Program-made: the position numbers and the translations under genes
Shown here: positions 49,421 through 63,880 of the stretch, piece after piece
Layout: the number at the start of each line of letters is the position of its first letter
Numbering within the stretch: position 1 is the stretch's first letter
Notes under the pieces: generated by a model
The model's input: only the letters and a program-made list of their open reading frames with translations
Told to the model about the DNA's origin: nothing
The model's database searches: none
DNA from: Octopus vulgaris
Taxonomy: Eukaryota
Assembly: GCA_951406725.2 (NCBI GenBank)
Contig: OX597817.1
Span: 158,224,001 to 158,288,000 of the forward strand
Direction of reading: 5' to 3'
DNA: 64,000 bases

Positions 49421-49699
49421 GTTATGGTGGGGAACCACTGGGATTGATCCCAGCCTGGTACTTATTTTATCTTACTCTTTTACTGGTAAATTATAGAGAT
49501 GTAAAGAAACCAGTACTGGTTATCAAATAGTGGTGGTGGTGATAGGACACAGACACAAACATACAAATATATGCAGACAGGTTTTCACAGTTTTCATTCA
49601 TCAAATTTACTCACAAGGCATTAGTCAGCCTGGGGCTGTAGAAAATACTTGCCCAAGGTGCCATGCAGTGGGACTGAACTCAAGACAATGCACAAGACA

Positions 49700-50050
49700 A
49701 TGAACTCCGACAAGCCTTCCTAACGAGACGTCTGCGTTGGCTGGGTCATGCCTTCCGTCGTCAACCAAGAGAATTCATCTACAAAGCAATTGCCCCAGCT
49801 CCCCTTCAGGGTTGGAGAAAGCGATGTGGTGAACAACGAAAAACCTGGCTGATGACAGTCAAGGCTGATCTGGAACCCAACCTAGGACCCCATGTCTACG
49901 GCGTTCGCCACTGGAATAGGGAGTGGTTGGAGATCACGTGGTCGTTAGCTTCAAATCGCCAGGCCTGGTTGGCGTTTGTGAGAGATGCAGCATTGAGGAT
50001 GAATGAAGCCTGCTCAACCCATCCCAGGTGAATGCTGTCTCAAGACAAGA
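49700..50050 (+). mobile_element. Second RTE-type LINE 3' fragment with (CAAGA)n tail, nested in a family A SINE
   Basis: RRLRWLGHAFRR...GWRKR...KTWL..VKADL...LASNRQAW; direct repeat CAAGACAATGCA on both sides. Confidence 0.7.
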
Positions 50051-51505
50051 CAAGACAATGCAGTCACAAAGCAAACTTCTTAAACACACAGCCACACATC
50101 TGAAATGTTTAAAACTTCAAATTTTTCTGTTACTCCTATGTTTATTATTTCAAATTAAGACTGCATTTCCTATTATTTAATGCTTCCGTGTATTTCAACC
50201 TGAACAAATTACCGGCAATTTTCATAGGATAAAAATGACTCCACTATGCTGTACTGCTTTGACATCTGAAATAACTTGTTTCAGTAACAAAGTAAGTGCA
50301 TGCACCCTTCACTCCCTTTAGTGAATCTTGTAAATTCACAAATACATGATTACAAATAACTGTACAATTGCTCAGCTTGCCTGAAATAACAGCCAAATCT
50401 CCCTCAAATCACAGACTGCCATTTTAAAAATGAAGAAGGATCAATGTGGTTCTTCTTTGATATACAATATAAGATGGTTATGATTAAGAGGTTTGCTTTG
50501 CAACTAATGAGTTTTGGGTTCAATCCTACTATGCAGCACTTTAAGCAAGTATTTTCTACTTGCCTAAAGTTTACCAATATTTTGTGAGCGAGATGTAGTA
50601 GACAGAAACTGTGTGGAAGCACATCATGTGTGTGTGTGAATATAGCTGTATGTATAAATAAATATATCTTTCATTGACATGTATTGGTGAATGATGTAAA
50701 ATCCAGTTAAGAAAAACTAGTGTTCTTCAAATGAAGTCTCTTGCGATATCTGTTCAGCACTAAGTAACAAAAAATCCCTTATCAGTCTTGAATCAGAAAT
50801 TCAGTGCACCATGGACTGGAAACCTATAGCCAATAATGCTATTGTTCACTAACTGAGGGAGAAAATAAATAGGTCTATTACAGCAGGGTTGGTTGAGGGT
50901 TAAACAATGACTACCAATTTCTTTGGTGATGGCTTATCTTAACTGGTGTTCCAGCCATGATCATTTTGTGCCTTTATCTGGCATACTATTTTTAAACTTA
51001 AATTTTGCTTTTTTTTTTTTTTAAATTTCAAACATGAACAGAATGCAACTAGAACCATCAAGATGGCTACAAATGATTTGGCTTATCACTACTGATAAGT
51101 TTTGGTAAACACACATCATAACATAGCAAACGCTACATAACAAGAACTGGCCTTTCTTTTCAACACTTGAAAAAAAAAAATACTTGTTTGAGTTAATTTG
51201 GTTGCTTGTTCTTGTAAATGGAAATGATAATATAGAAGAAGCTCCTTCACTGGCTCAACAAAAATAGCAGCAAAGCAGTCCTAAACATTGGGCTCTGAGT
51301 CCATGCTGCTCACATTTAGTGAGGTGCAACCAGAACTTTTAGAAGCAAACTGAACAGAATAGAAGATAATACAGCCCATCCAGACCACAGCCTATATGAT
51401 AAACCACTAAATATGTGAGAGCAATGTGGGGAGTCATGATACATCAGGAGCTCTAGTTAATGTGAATGACACCTAAGGTGTTCCACCAAGTGGTTGTATG
51501 TTATA

Positions 51506-51885
51506 CTAGCAGTATCGCCCGGTATTGCTCGGGCTTGTAAGGGAAATAACTATATAAGCATTTTTAGAGAGTTATAGCCAAAAAATAGCAAAAAAATGCA
51601 TTAAAAATGGAAAAAAAATTATGGTAAATTTTTTTTTAAATCGTTGACATTTTTAGAGAGTTACTTCCCTTATATAATACCGAAAAAAATGCATTAAAAT
51701 GAAAAAAAATGATGGTAAATTTTTTTTAAATCGTAGACTCATGCTAATACCCAGAAGGGCTCAATATGAATCACGACTATAAGATACCCGGTTTTGGTTA
51801 AACTGCACTGCAAAATGTGGGAGTAGTTAGGAATCTAAATCGTAGGAGACAGACACTCACACAACTTCACTTTTATATATATAGA
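51506..51885 (-). mobile_element. Non-autonomous Helitron (type H1)
   Basis: Reverse complement of 10413-10808; CTAG end, hairpin, TC start, inserted at A|T. Confidence 0.85.
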
Positions 51886-52769
51886 TATCTGCTCAATAGG
51901 GCTGAACTGGGCTACACTACGCACAATTTATGAGTGCACAAAATCTTATGTACCACAAAACTTGTCTGTCTTTTTCAGTTAAGCAACTATTTTCTTTATC
52001 ATACTCTTACTTAATCACTCAGAAGTTTCCCGCCAAAAAGATACTAAGCAATCTTTAATTCAATTTCAATATGTTATTCTTAATATTTCTATCTGATTAA
52101 TCAACTTGATAGTCTGTATCTTTCTGTCAAAAAACTTTACTGAAACTGTTCTCGTTTCTCTCCACACACATGTTGACAATATAATTCCATATGGTTAATT
52201 TAAGCTAAGAGAGACTCCATTTCACCCAGAGTAAGAAAAATGCAGCCACTGTATTTGGAACACTCCCTTTGCACTGAAATGATTACTCAGACTTGAGATA
52301 GTTGCCAATGACTATTTCAATGAAAGGGTTGGTATTATGATATCTAATCAGCTCTTTTAAAAATAATTTCAAAGAGAGAGGGAGAGAGGTGGGGGAGATT
52401 ATGTTCCTTCTCTTAAAACTTGGCTATATTAAGTGATACATTATTTTAGCAGAAACACTGCATGGAATATTTAGAAGTTATAACTATGTAGTCATTTACA
52501 AATTAACTAGTAAGATTGAAAGCTGTAATGATGGTCATTTAGAGAACAAATTGCTTTCTGTAAAATGCTTTGCTCACTAACTTGAATGCATTTAAGGTAA
52601 ACGTAATCATTTTTGTTGAGGACTAAACTGTTCTAAAAAAAAAAAATACATTCTATAACTGAGATAGAATGAGTGAAAGTTTTTCAACTGTTAAATGGGG
52701 AAAGAAAATTTAGGAACAAAGTTTTGACAGAGCTTTGGGTAAATATGATACATTTACCATGACAATAAT

Positions 52770-52992
52770 AATCTTTTCTATTAAAGGCACAAGGCCTGAA
52801 ATTTTTGGGGGGAAGGGATCAGTCGATTACATCGACCCCAGTATTTCACTGGTACTTAATTAATCAACTCTGAAAGGATGAAAGGCAAAGTTGACCTTAG
52901 CAGAATTTGAACTCAGAATGTAGTGGCAGATGAAATAAATGCTGCTTAGCATTTCACCCGGCATGCTAGCAATTATACCAGCTCACCACCTT
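52770..52992 (-). mobile_element. SINE family D (monomer)
   Basis: GAAAGGATGAAAGGCAAAG core and reverse head CCAGCTCACCACC. Confidence 0.7.
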
Positions 52993-53214
52993 TATCCTGA
53001 TAATAATAATAATGAAGTTGGAATCAGTTCAACTTTGTAATGCTATATCTGTAATATATAGAGAAGAGACAAATCATTTTACTAAGGCCCCTAAAATTTG
53101 CAGCTATCATGAAACCAATCAGATTTTTATTTCATCCAAAGTAACATTCCATGTTTGTGAAAAGAAAAATTTCAAAATGGATTTAAGACAAAGTGAAACA
53201 TTTTTAAAAAATCA

Positions 53215-53567
53215 TTTACCTGTTTCAGTTATTAGACTGAGGCCATGCCTTGAAGAATATTTAGTCAAATGAATTGACCCCAGTACTTACTCATTCTATT
53301 GGTCTCTTTTTGCCAAACTGCTAAGTTATGGGGATGTAAACAGGCCAACACTGGTTGCCAAGTGGGGGGAGGGGGGCAAGCACAGACACAAAGACACACT
53401 CACATGATGGGCTTTTTCAGTTTCTGTCTACAACATTCACTCACAAGGATTTGGTTGGCCCGAGGCTGCAGTAGAAGACACTTGCCCAAGGTGTCACACA
53501 GTGGGACTGAACCTGGAATCAAGTGGTTAGGAAGAAAATTTCTTACCACACAGCCATGCCTGTGCCT
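53215..53567 (-). mobile_element. SINE family A (older copy)
   Basis: Degenerate reverse complement of family A. Confidence 0.7.
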
Positions 53568-53839
53568 ATGATGTATTTTCTTTTTAACTTTTAAAAGCAA
53601 TTACTTTGTTTTGACACAAAACTGATTCATTTATTCTCAACACTAAGTTTCACATGATTATCTGAAGTAGTTGTTAATCGCAGTGACGTGTATTTGAGCA
53701 AGAACAAAAACTGAAGGGGCAAAATAAGTAAAATATTAAAAGAAACTTTGTTTAATATGAAGCTATCAAAATAATTACTATTTTTCTACACATGCCCAAG
53801 TTAGAGGTTCTCAAAACATGATTATTTACAAAATGGAAA

Positions 53840-54200
53840 TGGAAGCACTCCGTCGGTTACGACGACGAGGGGTTCCGGTTGATCCGATCAACGGAACAGC
53901 CTGCTCGTGAAATTAACGTGTAAGTGGCTGAGCACTCCACAGACACGTGTACCCTTAACGTAATTCTCGGGGATATTCAGCGTGACACAGAGAGTGACAA
54001 GGCTGGCCCTTTGAAATACAGGTACAACTGAAACAGGAAGTAAGAGTGAGAGAAAGTTGTGGTGAAAGAGTACAGCAGGGAACACCACCATCCCTGCCGG
54101 AGCCTCGTGGAGCTTTAGGTGTGATTCCGGTCTGGGAATCGAAACTGCAATCCTACGACTGCGAGTCCGCTGCCCTAACCACTGGGCCATTGCGCCTCCA
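53840..54200 (-). mobile_element. SINE family C
   Basis: TSD TATTTACAAAA; near-identical to the other family C copies. Confidence 0.85.
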
Positions 54201-54544
54201 CTATTTACAAAAACAGATGATGCAGAATACCTTTGATAGTGCGATACAAAATTGTACATGCCTTGATTAAGTGTCTCAGAGGAGTTCCATTTTCCATGTT
54301 GGCAGGGGCTGGGCAGTTTGAGAAGTGTTGATAAGCCAGAGGACTGCATCAAGCATGGTTTCCACAACTAGAAGCCCTTCCTAATGCTAACTGATTTATA
54401 GAATGCATTAGGTGTTTTTTATGTAGCATTGGTATCAGCAAGGTCATCAAGTAACTGAAGATCCTTCAACTGAGGAGGGTTGTGGTATTAAGGGAGTTGG
54501 CTTTATGCCAGGTTATGAGAGGTTAAAGTATGATAGAGGAACAG

Positions 54545-54839
54545 GAGTAGCCATTTGTTAGTTCCTTCTTGAGCCATCCCTGGCTCATAAGGGCCGGTTT
54601 CTCGGTTTCTTTGGCATATAGGTTCCCCACCTGGACGAGACGCCAGTCCATTGCAGGAGGAAAGAGTGAGAGAAAGTTGTGGTGAAAGAGTCAGCAGAAG
54701 TTTGCCATTATCTTCTGCCGGAGCCACGTGGAGCTTAGGTGTTTCGCCCATAAACACACACATCGCCCGGTCTGAGATTCGAACCCGCGATCCCTCGACT
54801 GCAAGTCCGCTGCTCTAACCACTAGGCCATGTGCCTCGA
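54545..54839 (-). mobile_element. SINE with a family C-like head and a different tail
   Basis: Shares the head and the AGAGTGAGAGAAAGTTGTGGTGAAAGAG segment with family C, then diverges. Confidence 0.7.
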
Positions 54840-54887
54840 CAGGGGTAGCCATGTATCGCCTGTTAAGGTGATACATGGCTACCCCTG
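54840..54887. repeat. Short near-perfect palindrome (22-bp arms)
   Basis: CAGGGGTAGCCATGTATCGCCT-GTTA-AGGTGATACATGGCTACCCCTG. Confidence 0.8.
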
Positions 54888-55796
54888 TTGTTTTTAAATA
54901 ATTTTCCAGAAAATCTTATAATTAAGGATGAAACACTTTTCACAGAGCCTTAATGACAGGAAAGGGTGATATGAAAAGGAAATCTAAACTACTTTGGAAT
55001 AAATTCCCATAATTGTAGAGAACTCAGGAGGAAACTGAAAGATCAAAAGAAATTGAAGAAGCAATACATATAATGCTTGCAGTAAATCCAGTATTGACAA
55101 CACCTCAATATAATTGTCATTATTGAAAGATGAAATTTATATAACTTAAAAATGTAACATTGACTTAATTGTCCTTGAGTCAGTGGTATAATGAACAAGA
55201 GGATTATTATTCTTAATGTAGAAAGTAAAATGCATAAACTGATCCTTTAAAGGAGCTGTTGTGGTAGCAGACCACGAAACATGGTTGAAATTCCTCACCC
55301 TTGGGATAGGAATGTGATACTAGATGATTGATCCAACAGAGCAAAATACTGTATAGATGTAAATATTGATTTCCAGTGGAGAGCACAGGGTCGGAAATTT
55401 TGAGGGAAGGGGGTTAGTTGATACTATTGATTCTCATACTTGGTTGGTACTGTTTTACGAAGGAGAGTGGGTAAAAGGCAAAGTTGACTCTGGGGGATCT
55501 GAACGCAGAACATAAAGAGTGGAACAAAAACTATAAGGCCTCTTTGATGTTCAGATAATCATGTCAACTTGTTACCTTGTATGATAAAGTTCATAAAATT
55601 AGAATTTTTTGCATGTGCCTTTTTGTTTTTCAAAACATCAGCTGAATTTGCAATATGTTAACATAACACAATTATACACAACTTATGTGTCAAATGATAT
55701 GAAGTGAGTGGTCTGTATTCAGTATGGACAGGGATTGAAGCTGTTGATTTGAAAAATGTAAATGATACACATATGATTAAGGAGAACTGCAGTAAT

Positions 55797-56402
55797 ATCC
55801 TTTTCTACTCTAGGCACAAGGCCCGAAATTTTGAGGGAGGGGCCCACTCGATTAGATTGACCCAGTACGCAACTGGTACTTAATTCATTGACTTTGAAAG
55901 GATGAAAGGCAAAGTCGACCTCGGTATATAAAGACAGACAAAATACCTATTTCTTTATTACCCACAAGGGGCTAAACATAGAAGGGAAAAACAAGGACAG
56001 ACAAATGGATTAAGTCGATTACATCGACCCCAGTGCGTAACTGGTACGTAATTTATCGACCCCGAAAGGATGAAAGGCAAAGTCTACTTCGGCGGAATTT
56101 GAACTAAGGTAACAGCAGACGAAATACTGCTAAGCATTTTGCCCAGCATGCTAACGTTTCTGCCAGCTCGCTGCCTTATTCATTAAATATTCTTTTCTAC
56201 TCCAGGCATATGACCCAAAATTTTTAGGGAGAGAGCCAGTCAATTAGATTGACCCCAGTATGTAACTGATACTTTATTGACCCCAAAAGGATGAAAGGCA
56301 AAGTTGACCTCGATGGAATTTGAATTCAGAACGTAAAGACAGCCAAAATACAACCAAGCATTTCACCTGGCATGGTAACGTTTCTGCCAGACTGCCACCT
56401 TA
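55797..56402 (-). mobile_element. Cluster of family D SINE units
   Basis: Three AAAGGATGAAAGGCAAAG cores and two reverse heads. Confidence 0.75.
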
Positions 56403-57339
56403 GTAATATCAGAACAGAATAATCTGGTTATGTCAAACATTATTAAAGTATCAAGTTGTGACATATTACAGAAGTTTTCTCAGACCTCTAAACTTTCAAC
56501 TCTGGGGTATATGAGGTTGCAAAAACTAAGTGGATTGTAAAATGTAGGAACTTATTTTAATTGTAAAAACCATCTTTCAATAATAAGGTTAATGAATTTC
56601 AAGACTTTCACTACATGTATGAGATAATATTAGATACAAGGATCAAGCCATAAAGAAGTACATTAGTACTCAAGTAAATAATGTATTTTATTTTGTATGT
56701 ATGCATACGCATGCATGTATCCTTGTCCTTGCATCATACGATAACTAAACAAGCATCACAGCGATACAAGTGATGTTATTTTCCAAACTTCCATGGGAAA
56801 TATTATCTTACTTGGAAACGTGTGCAGGTTGGTGACAGTAAGGGTATCCTGCTATAGAAAATTTGCCTCATCAAATTTCATTTGAATCATGCAAGCATGG
56901 AAAAGTGGATATTAAATGATGATTTATATTTGGGCACCATTCCCAAGGGAATAATAATACCAATCCCAGTGTGTTTTCCATACCTCAAAAGCACTATGGA
57001 AGTCCTCTTCCAAAAAGCCATCCATTACCATCTCCGGCTCTATTTGAATTTCATCAACCACTATGAATGGGTAAAAGTAAATACCTTCTCAAATAGTGCC
57101 GACTCACAAGGGCTGGTTTCCCAGTTTCCATGGTGTGTAAATTCTCCACCTGGATGGGACGCCAGTCCATCGCAGGATTACTCATTTTTGCCAGCTGAGT
57201 GGACTGGAGCAACATGAAGTGATGCATTTTGCTCAGTTTTGCCCAGTCCAAGAATCGAAACCACAATCTTAAGATTATGAGTCCAACATGCTAACCATTA
57301 AGCCACATGCCTCAACTTTTTTTAAAAAGTAAAGTTACC

Positions 57340-57710
57340 TTCTCAGCCATTATGAATCTTTAATTCTATTCTGGGAAACATGGCAAAACTGGATGTCAAA
57401 ATGCTACTGTTTTTGGCTTTTGATCAAATGTCAAGAGCAGGGGCACAAACTTCATAACCATCCATTGCATGTTCAGGTTTTCCGTTAAAATCTCTTTGTA
57501 AGTTCCATAATGAACTTTGATCATATGAAGAAAGCTGATGCATTGTTTGACCATAGTCTTCATTACAAATTTTTTTCCCACCTTCCTAGCATCTTGGACT
57601 GGTAGTTGACAAGACTTGAAATGTGTGTGCCACTCAGAAATTCAGACAAAACATTTCAAGTGTCTCATTAGCAAACTTGCAGAGCTTCAAGCAAAATTTG
57701 ATGCAGGCAC
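57340..57710 (-). pseudogene. mariner transposase remnant
   Basis: ILTENLNMQWMVMKFVPLLLTFDQK matches the mariner WVPHEL-linker region. Confidence 0.6.
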
Positions 57711-57712
57711 AT

Positions 57713-58110
57713 TCTTTTACTCTTTTACTTGTCTCAGTCATTTGACTGTGGCCATGCTGGAGCACCGCCTTTAGTCGAGCAAATCGACCCCAGGACTTAT
57801 TCTTTGTAAGCCTAGTACTAATTCTATCGGTCTCTTTTGCTGAACCGCTAAGTTACAGGGATGTAAACACACCAGCATCGGTTGTCAAGCAATGTTGGGG
57901 GGACAAACATAGACACACAAACATATATACACACATACATATATATACAACCGGCTTCTTTCAGTTTCCGTCTACCAAATCCCCCCACAAGGCTTTCGTC
58001 AGCCTGAGGCTTTAGTAGAAGGCACTTGCCCAAGGTGCCACGCAGTGGGACTGAACCCGGAACCATGTGGTTCGTAAGCAAGCTACTTACCACACAGCCA
58101 CGCCTACGCC
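57713..58110 (-). mobile_element. SINE family A
   Basis: Full-length reverse complement of family A. Confidence 0.85.
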
Positions 58111-58531
58111 TACATTGCTCAAATTTTTCAGTTATTGTAAATGCCAGAGCCATTCTAACATTACAAAGCTTGATATAATAACTGAAGACACGTAAATAAC
58201 TTGTAGATTATTCAGAGACTGACTCAAGAGGCTGGCTATTAATTATCAACAGTACATGCATTTCCTTTAACCTGTCAAATGTCAAACGTAATGCTTATTT
58301 ATTCACATTATTTTGAATTAATCATGCATTATAGCCTTGAGACTTTGAACACCTTGTATGCATCAAAATGGAGAAGATACATGTATTTTAAAGATTTGAA
58401 TTGTAAAACGGAAGCAGCCCTTTAAACCATTAACCACATATAGTCAACCTTTCGCAAATATGTAATCCAAGCTTGCTGAAACTTGCACCATTGATAGAAG
58501 CCTTCTTTAACAGAAAGATAGGATCTCTTAA

Positions 58532-58750
58532 CCCTTTAGTGTTCTGATTATTCTATCAAACATAATGCCTATTGATTCCCATTGATTTGAATTAATCATG
58601 CATTATCTCATATCTTCAAGATCTTGATGGTGTAATTACTTAATGTAGAATAACATTGTAGGGTAGGTGTGAGAGCCTGGATCTGGTCAGTTTGAACATA
58701 AAACAGATCAACTATTTTGGCCGGATATGGCCGGTTTAAATACTAAAGGG
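58532..58750 (-). mobile_element. piggyBac MITE (family 1), complete, 219 bp
   Basis: TTAA at 58528-58531 and 58751-58754; CCCTTTAGTGTTC...TACTAAAGGG. Confidence 0.9.
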
Positions 58751-59814
58751 TTAAAATAAGCAGAAGAGATTCAAGTCAGACAAATTGAGGTTTTTCATTA
58801 GAGGTTTCATAATCAGAGTGCTGATAAGTACTAGAACTTAATGAGTTATCTTAACGGTGGCCCATCCCTCTAGTGGTACATATTGCTACAAATAGACTGT
58901 TTTGGCTGTAAAACACCTTGGTGCTTGAATAGCAGCATTCCATAAACCTGTTCTCATAAAAATATAATCATTATACTATACTTCTATGTATCAAAAAAGG
59001 ACTGTTTATTGAAGTGTGTGTGTGTATGGGAAGGGGTTATCTCAGCATTGGGCAGTGGTGGAGAAATTGAAGCTGTTAATAATAATAATAATGGTAAAAA
59101 CGAATTTGTGACACTCCTTGTTGCATTAAAATTTCAGTTTATTAAGCAATCTCACTGAAAGTAATCTAAATCTTGATGTAGGTTAAAAAATTGTATACAA
59201 TTCTTTTTTTTTTGTTTTATTTCACATCAGCACTACTTGACAACTGGTGTTAGTGAGTTTATGTCCCTGTAACTTAGTGGTTTGGTAAAAGAGACAGATA
59301 GAATAGGTACCAGACTTAACAAAAAAAAAAAAAAAGCCCAAAAAAGAAGCACTGGAGCTGATTCATTAGGCAAAAATCATTCAAGGCAGTGCCCCAGCAT
59401 GGCCACAGTCTGACGACTGAAACAAGATCCATTTTCCACAGCTACCTGAGTTTACTGAATCTGCCAATACAATGATCAAGGAAGGACATTTTTCCTGTTG
59501 TTGAGTAACTGCAGTCAGTTTCGATTTTGCAGACTCATGGAAGGCAAAGATCAAACGTTTCAAACATATAAAACATACCAGTGTGCCCTGATTGTGTAAG
59601 GTGTAGCTCAGTAGCCTGGGTGTGTTGCTATATTCCTTATTGTGTCTACCGTGGAAGTTGATTCGATGTACCCACTTGACACAAGATAGTTATGACTCAG
59701 TATTTATTAAAACTAATTTATAACTTAACATAAAATGGCTTCAAAATTTTATTATAATCAGATTCTCTACATTGTATTACTGTATTTATGAAACAAGGGA
59801 CATGGCTATATAAG

Positions 59815-59971
59815 GGTGCAGGAGTGGCTGTGTGGTAAGGAGCTTGCTTACCAACCACATGGTTCCGGGTTCATTCCCACTGCATGGTACCTTGGGCAAG
59901 TGTCTTCTACCATAGCCTTGTGAGTGGATTTGGTAGACGGAAACTGAAAGAAGCCTGTCGCATATATGTAT

Positions 59972-60017
<46 letters not shown>

Positions 60018-60207
60018 TTGTCCTCACAACATCGCTTGACAACCGATGGTGTGTTTACGTCCCCGTAACTTAGCAGTTTGGCAAGAGACTGATAGAATAA
60101 GTAGTAGGGCTTCCAAAGAATAAGTCCTGGGGTCAATTTGCTCGACTAAAGGCGGTGCTCCAGCTTGGCCGCAGTCAAATGACTGAAACAAGTAAAAGAT
60201 AAAAGAT
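59815..60207 (+). mobile_element. SINE family A
   Basis: Matches 288-655 with an internal (TA)n/(TG)n tract. Confidence 0.85.
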
Positions 60208-61907
60208 ATAACTGTGATAATGGAAATGATTTTATCCTAGCAAGTTGAAAGTCAATGAAAGCCGTAATTTGAAGTGGAGAGAAACATGCTTTAAGAACAT
60301 TTTAAAGACAGAGTTTGTATAGTGTCTGGGTCACTCATTTAGCCCACTGACCATTCAACTTTACACAATTTTTTATTCAGAACTCGTGGTTAATGATCTC
60401 CTAGGTGTCAAATTATACTGTAAAGTTAATAGGACTACAACTGGGCACCATGTACAACTGGTACATCAGACAGTCAAAGGAGAGATGTTTATTTGAAACA
60501 ATACAAAAAAGAATTTTCATTTTGGAAATAAATTCAATTTGTTGAAAGAAAAGGATAAATGTCAAATGTAGATAAAAATAAAAATATGACAATTATGATT
60601 TATGTTTTAATGGTAAACAAGATGACTTAAAGTGAATCAATGTTTTGTGTGTTTGAAAGTATATTTAGAGAATTAGTAATATTTTAGCGAAGGAAAATTT
60701 TTTATAGGTTTTTTTTTTCTTTGATGATTTAATAAGGTGGTGTCCCAGCATTGCCATAGTCAAATGACCGAAACAAATAAAAAAAAAAATGCTACTTTTT
60801 CTCTATGAAGTGAAGAATACTGGAGTTGAATTGAAATGAACAGACATTAAGATCACTTTAAAAACTGCTCTACTCAAAATTAGGTTACATACTATTTTAG
60901 GGAAAAGATAAAATGGAAAGTAAAAAAAACAAAAAAAAACATACAAAACTGCTAAGCTATTATGCGTCCTGAGCTGAAGATATGTGGCCATAGAGCAAAT
61001 GGCAAGCAGAGGGAAAGGTAGATAGAGGATGAGAGATTTCAAGATGATTGGAGAAGCATCATTGACAAATTCTTGACCAAAACATGGATAAATGAAAACC
61101 AACTGATTTCAAGCATATAGCTTGACCTAGAAAAATTCCTCCAGAATATCATTTCTCTCAAAATAAAAAGCTAAATCATGTCACATTTTTTGTTGGTTGA
61201 TTGTCACAGTGAAAATGTAACACTTGTAAGAGACTTGTGAGAAGAGTGATAGATAGGTGTAACAAGGAGTGACACAAAATGACTAATAAGAAAAAAAAGA
61301 CAGTATATGTGCAGAGACAGAAGAGAAAGACTGAATGCGTGTTTGAGTACAAAGAGAAGCAACCAGCATGAAAGTAGGAAGTTGGTGGCAAGAGTGAGGT
61401 GGAGAGGTATAAAGTACAGCAGTCTCTGTCAAGATCAAACGGAGAAAGAATGCAAAAAGATTGGCATGTTATATAAATGTATACAGAGATGTAATTCTCT
61501 ATGTATGTCTAGCAATTTGTATTTGTTTATAAGCCTCAGTCACTGTTCAGTAGCCATGCTTGGTCGGTATACCTTCCCCAGAATTTTGTCACGTACTTGT
61601 TTCATTGGGGGATTGACACAATGCCTTGTAACATTGCTTTTCATTCATCTATGATTGTTAAAAAAAAAGTACCAGTTAAGTACTAAGTTTGATTTATACA
61701 AGTCACTGAAAAGGTGAATGAACTTGTAACATAAGACCGTGATTGGTTGAAAGGTAAAGTCAACAGGGGCGCAAAGGGATATGATCAAATTGTTGACACT
61801 TGATTGTGATAACCCTTGTTGATACACACATGGTAACTAGAATGATCCTTACAAAGGTAAATCTTAATTTGTCTAATTGTAACATCTATTCACTGACAAT
61901 AAAAGAT

Positions 61908-62226
61908 TCCCTTTGGTCATGAATGACCATAGGATTGCACCTAGAAAGTTACTCTCCCAGGTACAAGTCCAGGCAAGGTTGTTATGGAAGATTAGCAGTC
62001 ACCCATGCATACCAGTCTCCCCTCGCCATGGCACTGATATTATCCAGGAGAAAGGCAAAGGCTGATACAGTTTGGCACTAGTGACGTCGCAACTCATTTC
62101 TACAGCTGAGTGAACTGGAGCAACGTGAAATAAAGCGTCTTGCTCAAGAACACAACAAACAGCCCAGGCCGGGAATCAAACTCAATACTTCATGATTGAA
62201 GTAACCACTGAACCATGTGCCTTCAC
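61908..62226 (-). mobile_element. SINE family E
   Basis: Similar to 7239-7520, with a tRNA-like head remnant near 62170-62226. Confidence 0.7.
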
Positions 62227-62488
62227 TCACTCATAGTACTATATAATTAATTAGAAATTAGTTGGTAGCCAAGATCAAAGTGAATTATATAAACAGAAAG
62301 CACAAAACTCATAAACCCATATAAAGGAAATATGTGTCTAGTCACTTTCCAGTAACTTTCTGGGACATCTAGATAGTTTTTGACAAAACTTGCTTCTTCA
62401 GCCATTGTAGAAACATACAGGTTCTCTAGACATTTTATACACACACAAGATTGTTATAATCAAAGAATTGTAAGATAAAATATTTCTA

Positions 62489-62900
62489 CATCATCATCAT
62501 TTAACATGCACCTTCCATGCTGGCATGGGTTGGACAGTTTGACTGAGGACTGGCAAGCTGGGAGGCTGCACCAGGCTCCAATCTGATTTGGCAAGGTTTC
62601 TACAGGTGGATATCCTTCCTAACACCAACCACTCTGAAAATATAATGGGTGCATTTTACATGCCACCAGTACAGGTGCCAGTCAGGCAGAATTGGCATCA
62701 GCCATGACTACGATTTCACTTGGTTCAACAGGTCTTCACAAGCACAGCGGCATATTGCCCAACGACTGAAGAGTGTTTTTAAACAGGCCAGTTATGCGAC
62801 ACTAGCATCGGCTGTGACTACAACTTCACTTGGCTTGCCAGTTCTTCTCAACCACAGCATATCTCCAAAGGTCTTGGTTGCTTGCTAGTCATTGCCTCTG
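62489..62900 (-). mobile_element. RTE 3'-end repeat (family B), older
   Basis: (CAT)n start and degenerate core extending toward the RTE ORF end. Confidence 0.7.
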
Positions 62901-63751
62901 TACTAAAACTTATTTTTGATGAGTGCTACACTGATATGTTTGTGCTTTAAGACATCATTTAATATTCACAGCTGTTACCCTACAGCAAGATGCTAATACT
63001 TCTATGTTATTACAATAGACGTATTTCCCATATAATTTGATACTAGATTTTTAATACCATTGATGAATTGATAACAGCACTATTTTGAAATATCTATTTT
63101 CTCACATATTGCTTGACCTATATAGAAACTATACATCAAACTGTCTCTCTCTGAAGCCATCATCTATCTTGAGAGGTTCTAGTTGCATTAATTGTTATCT
63201 ACAATAATCTACACTAACTCACTTCTTTGTGTACTGATTGACCTACTGAATAAAACAAGCAAATATTCATGACTGAATTTAACCTTAGTTTCTATCAACA
63301 CCTATCAGTACAAATTCATTACCATATTAGCACTTCCCACATTGCAAACACACTGATTATTTTTAAGTCAGTCAATTTTTACTGTTCTAGACTATCTGCA
63401 AATGTCAACATAAAATTGCTAAGCTCACACATACATACCTTTCTACATATCACTCATGTACAGAACATGTCAAGTGGACTTCTCCACTTGTCATATGAAA
63501 GAAGGGGCATTTGTTTAATTCTTTCATGACTATTTTTAACAAGTAGATTGCCTATGAATTTTAAATTTCAATATAATGAGGATTTGGGGTCGGGGAAATT
63601 AGTAAAATATATGGAATTTCATTAGAAAAACTTACAAATTTTGGTGTATTATGGTGGTACTGCAAATGAAATCTCATATCATTTATGCTTTGCGATTTTA
63701 ATTTAAACATGAATATTTACAGAGATATGGTCTCAGACATGTTGGTATTAA

Positions 63752-63880
63752 CCTTTAGCATGCTGTAGGCATATCATGTTACCATATTAGTTTTCTCCCC
63801 TCTCAATGCGACACAATGCACCTACAGCTACAGAAAAGAAAACTTATACAGTGACATGATACACCTAAACGTGCTAAAGG
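63752..63880. mobile_element. Small TTAA-flanked MITE (piggyBac-like family 3, 129 bp)
   Basis: TTAA at 63748-63751 and 63881-63884; ~30-bp imperfect TIR CCTTTAGCA...TGCTAAAGG. Confidence 0.7.

Noticed and set aside
60790-61260. Possible decayed LINE C-terminal remnant
   Set aside because: Only faint motif resemblance; not supportable without a profile search.
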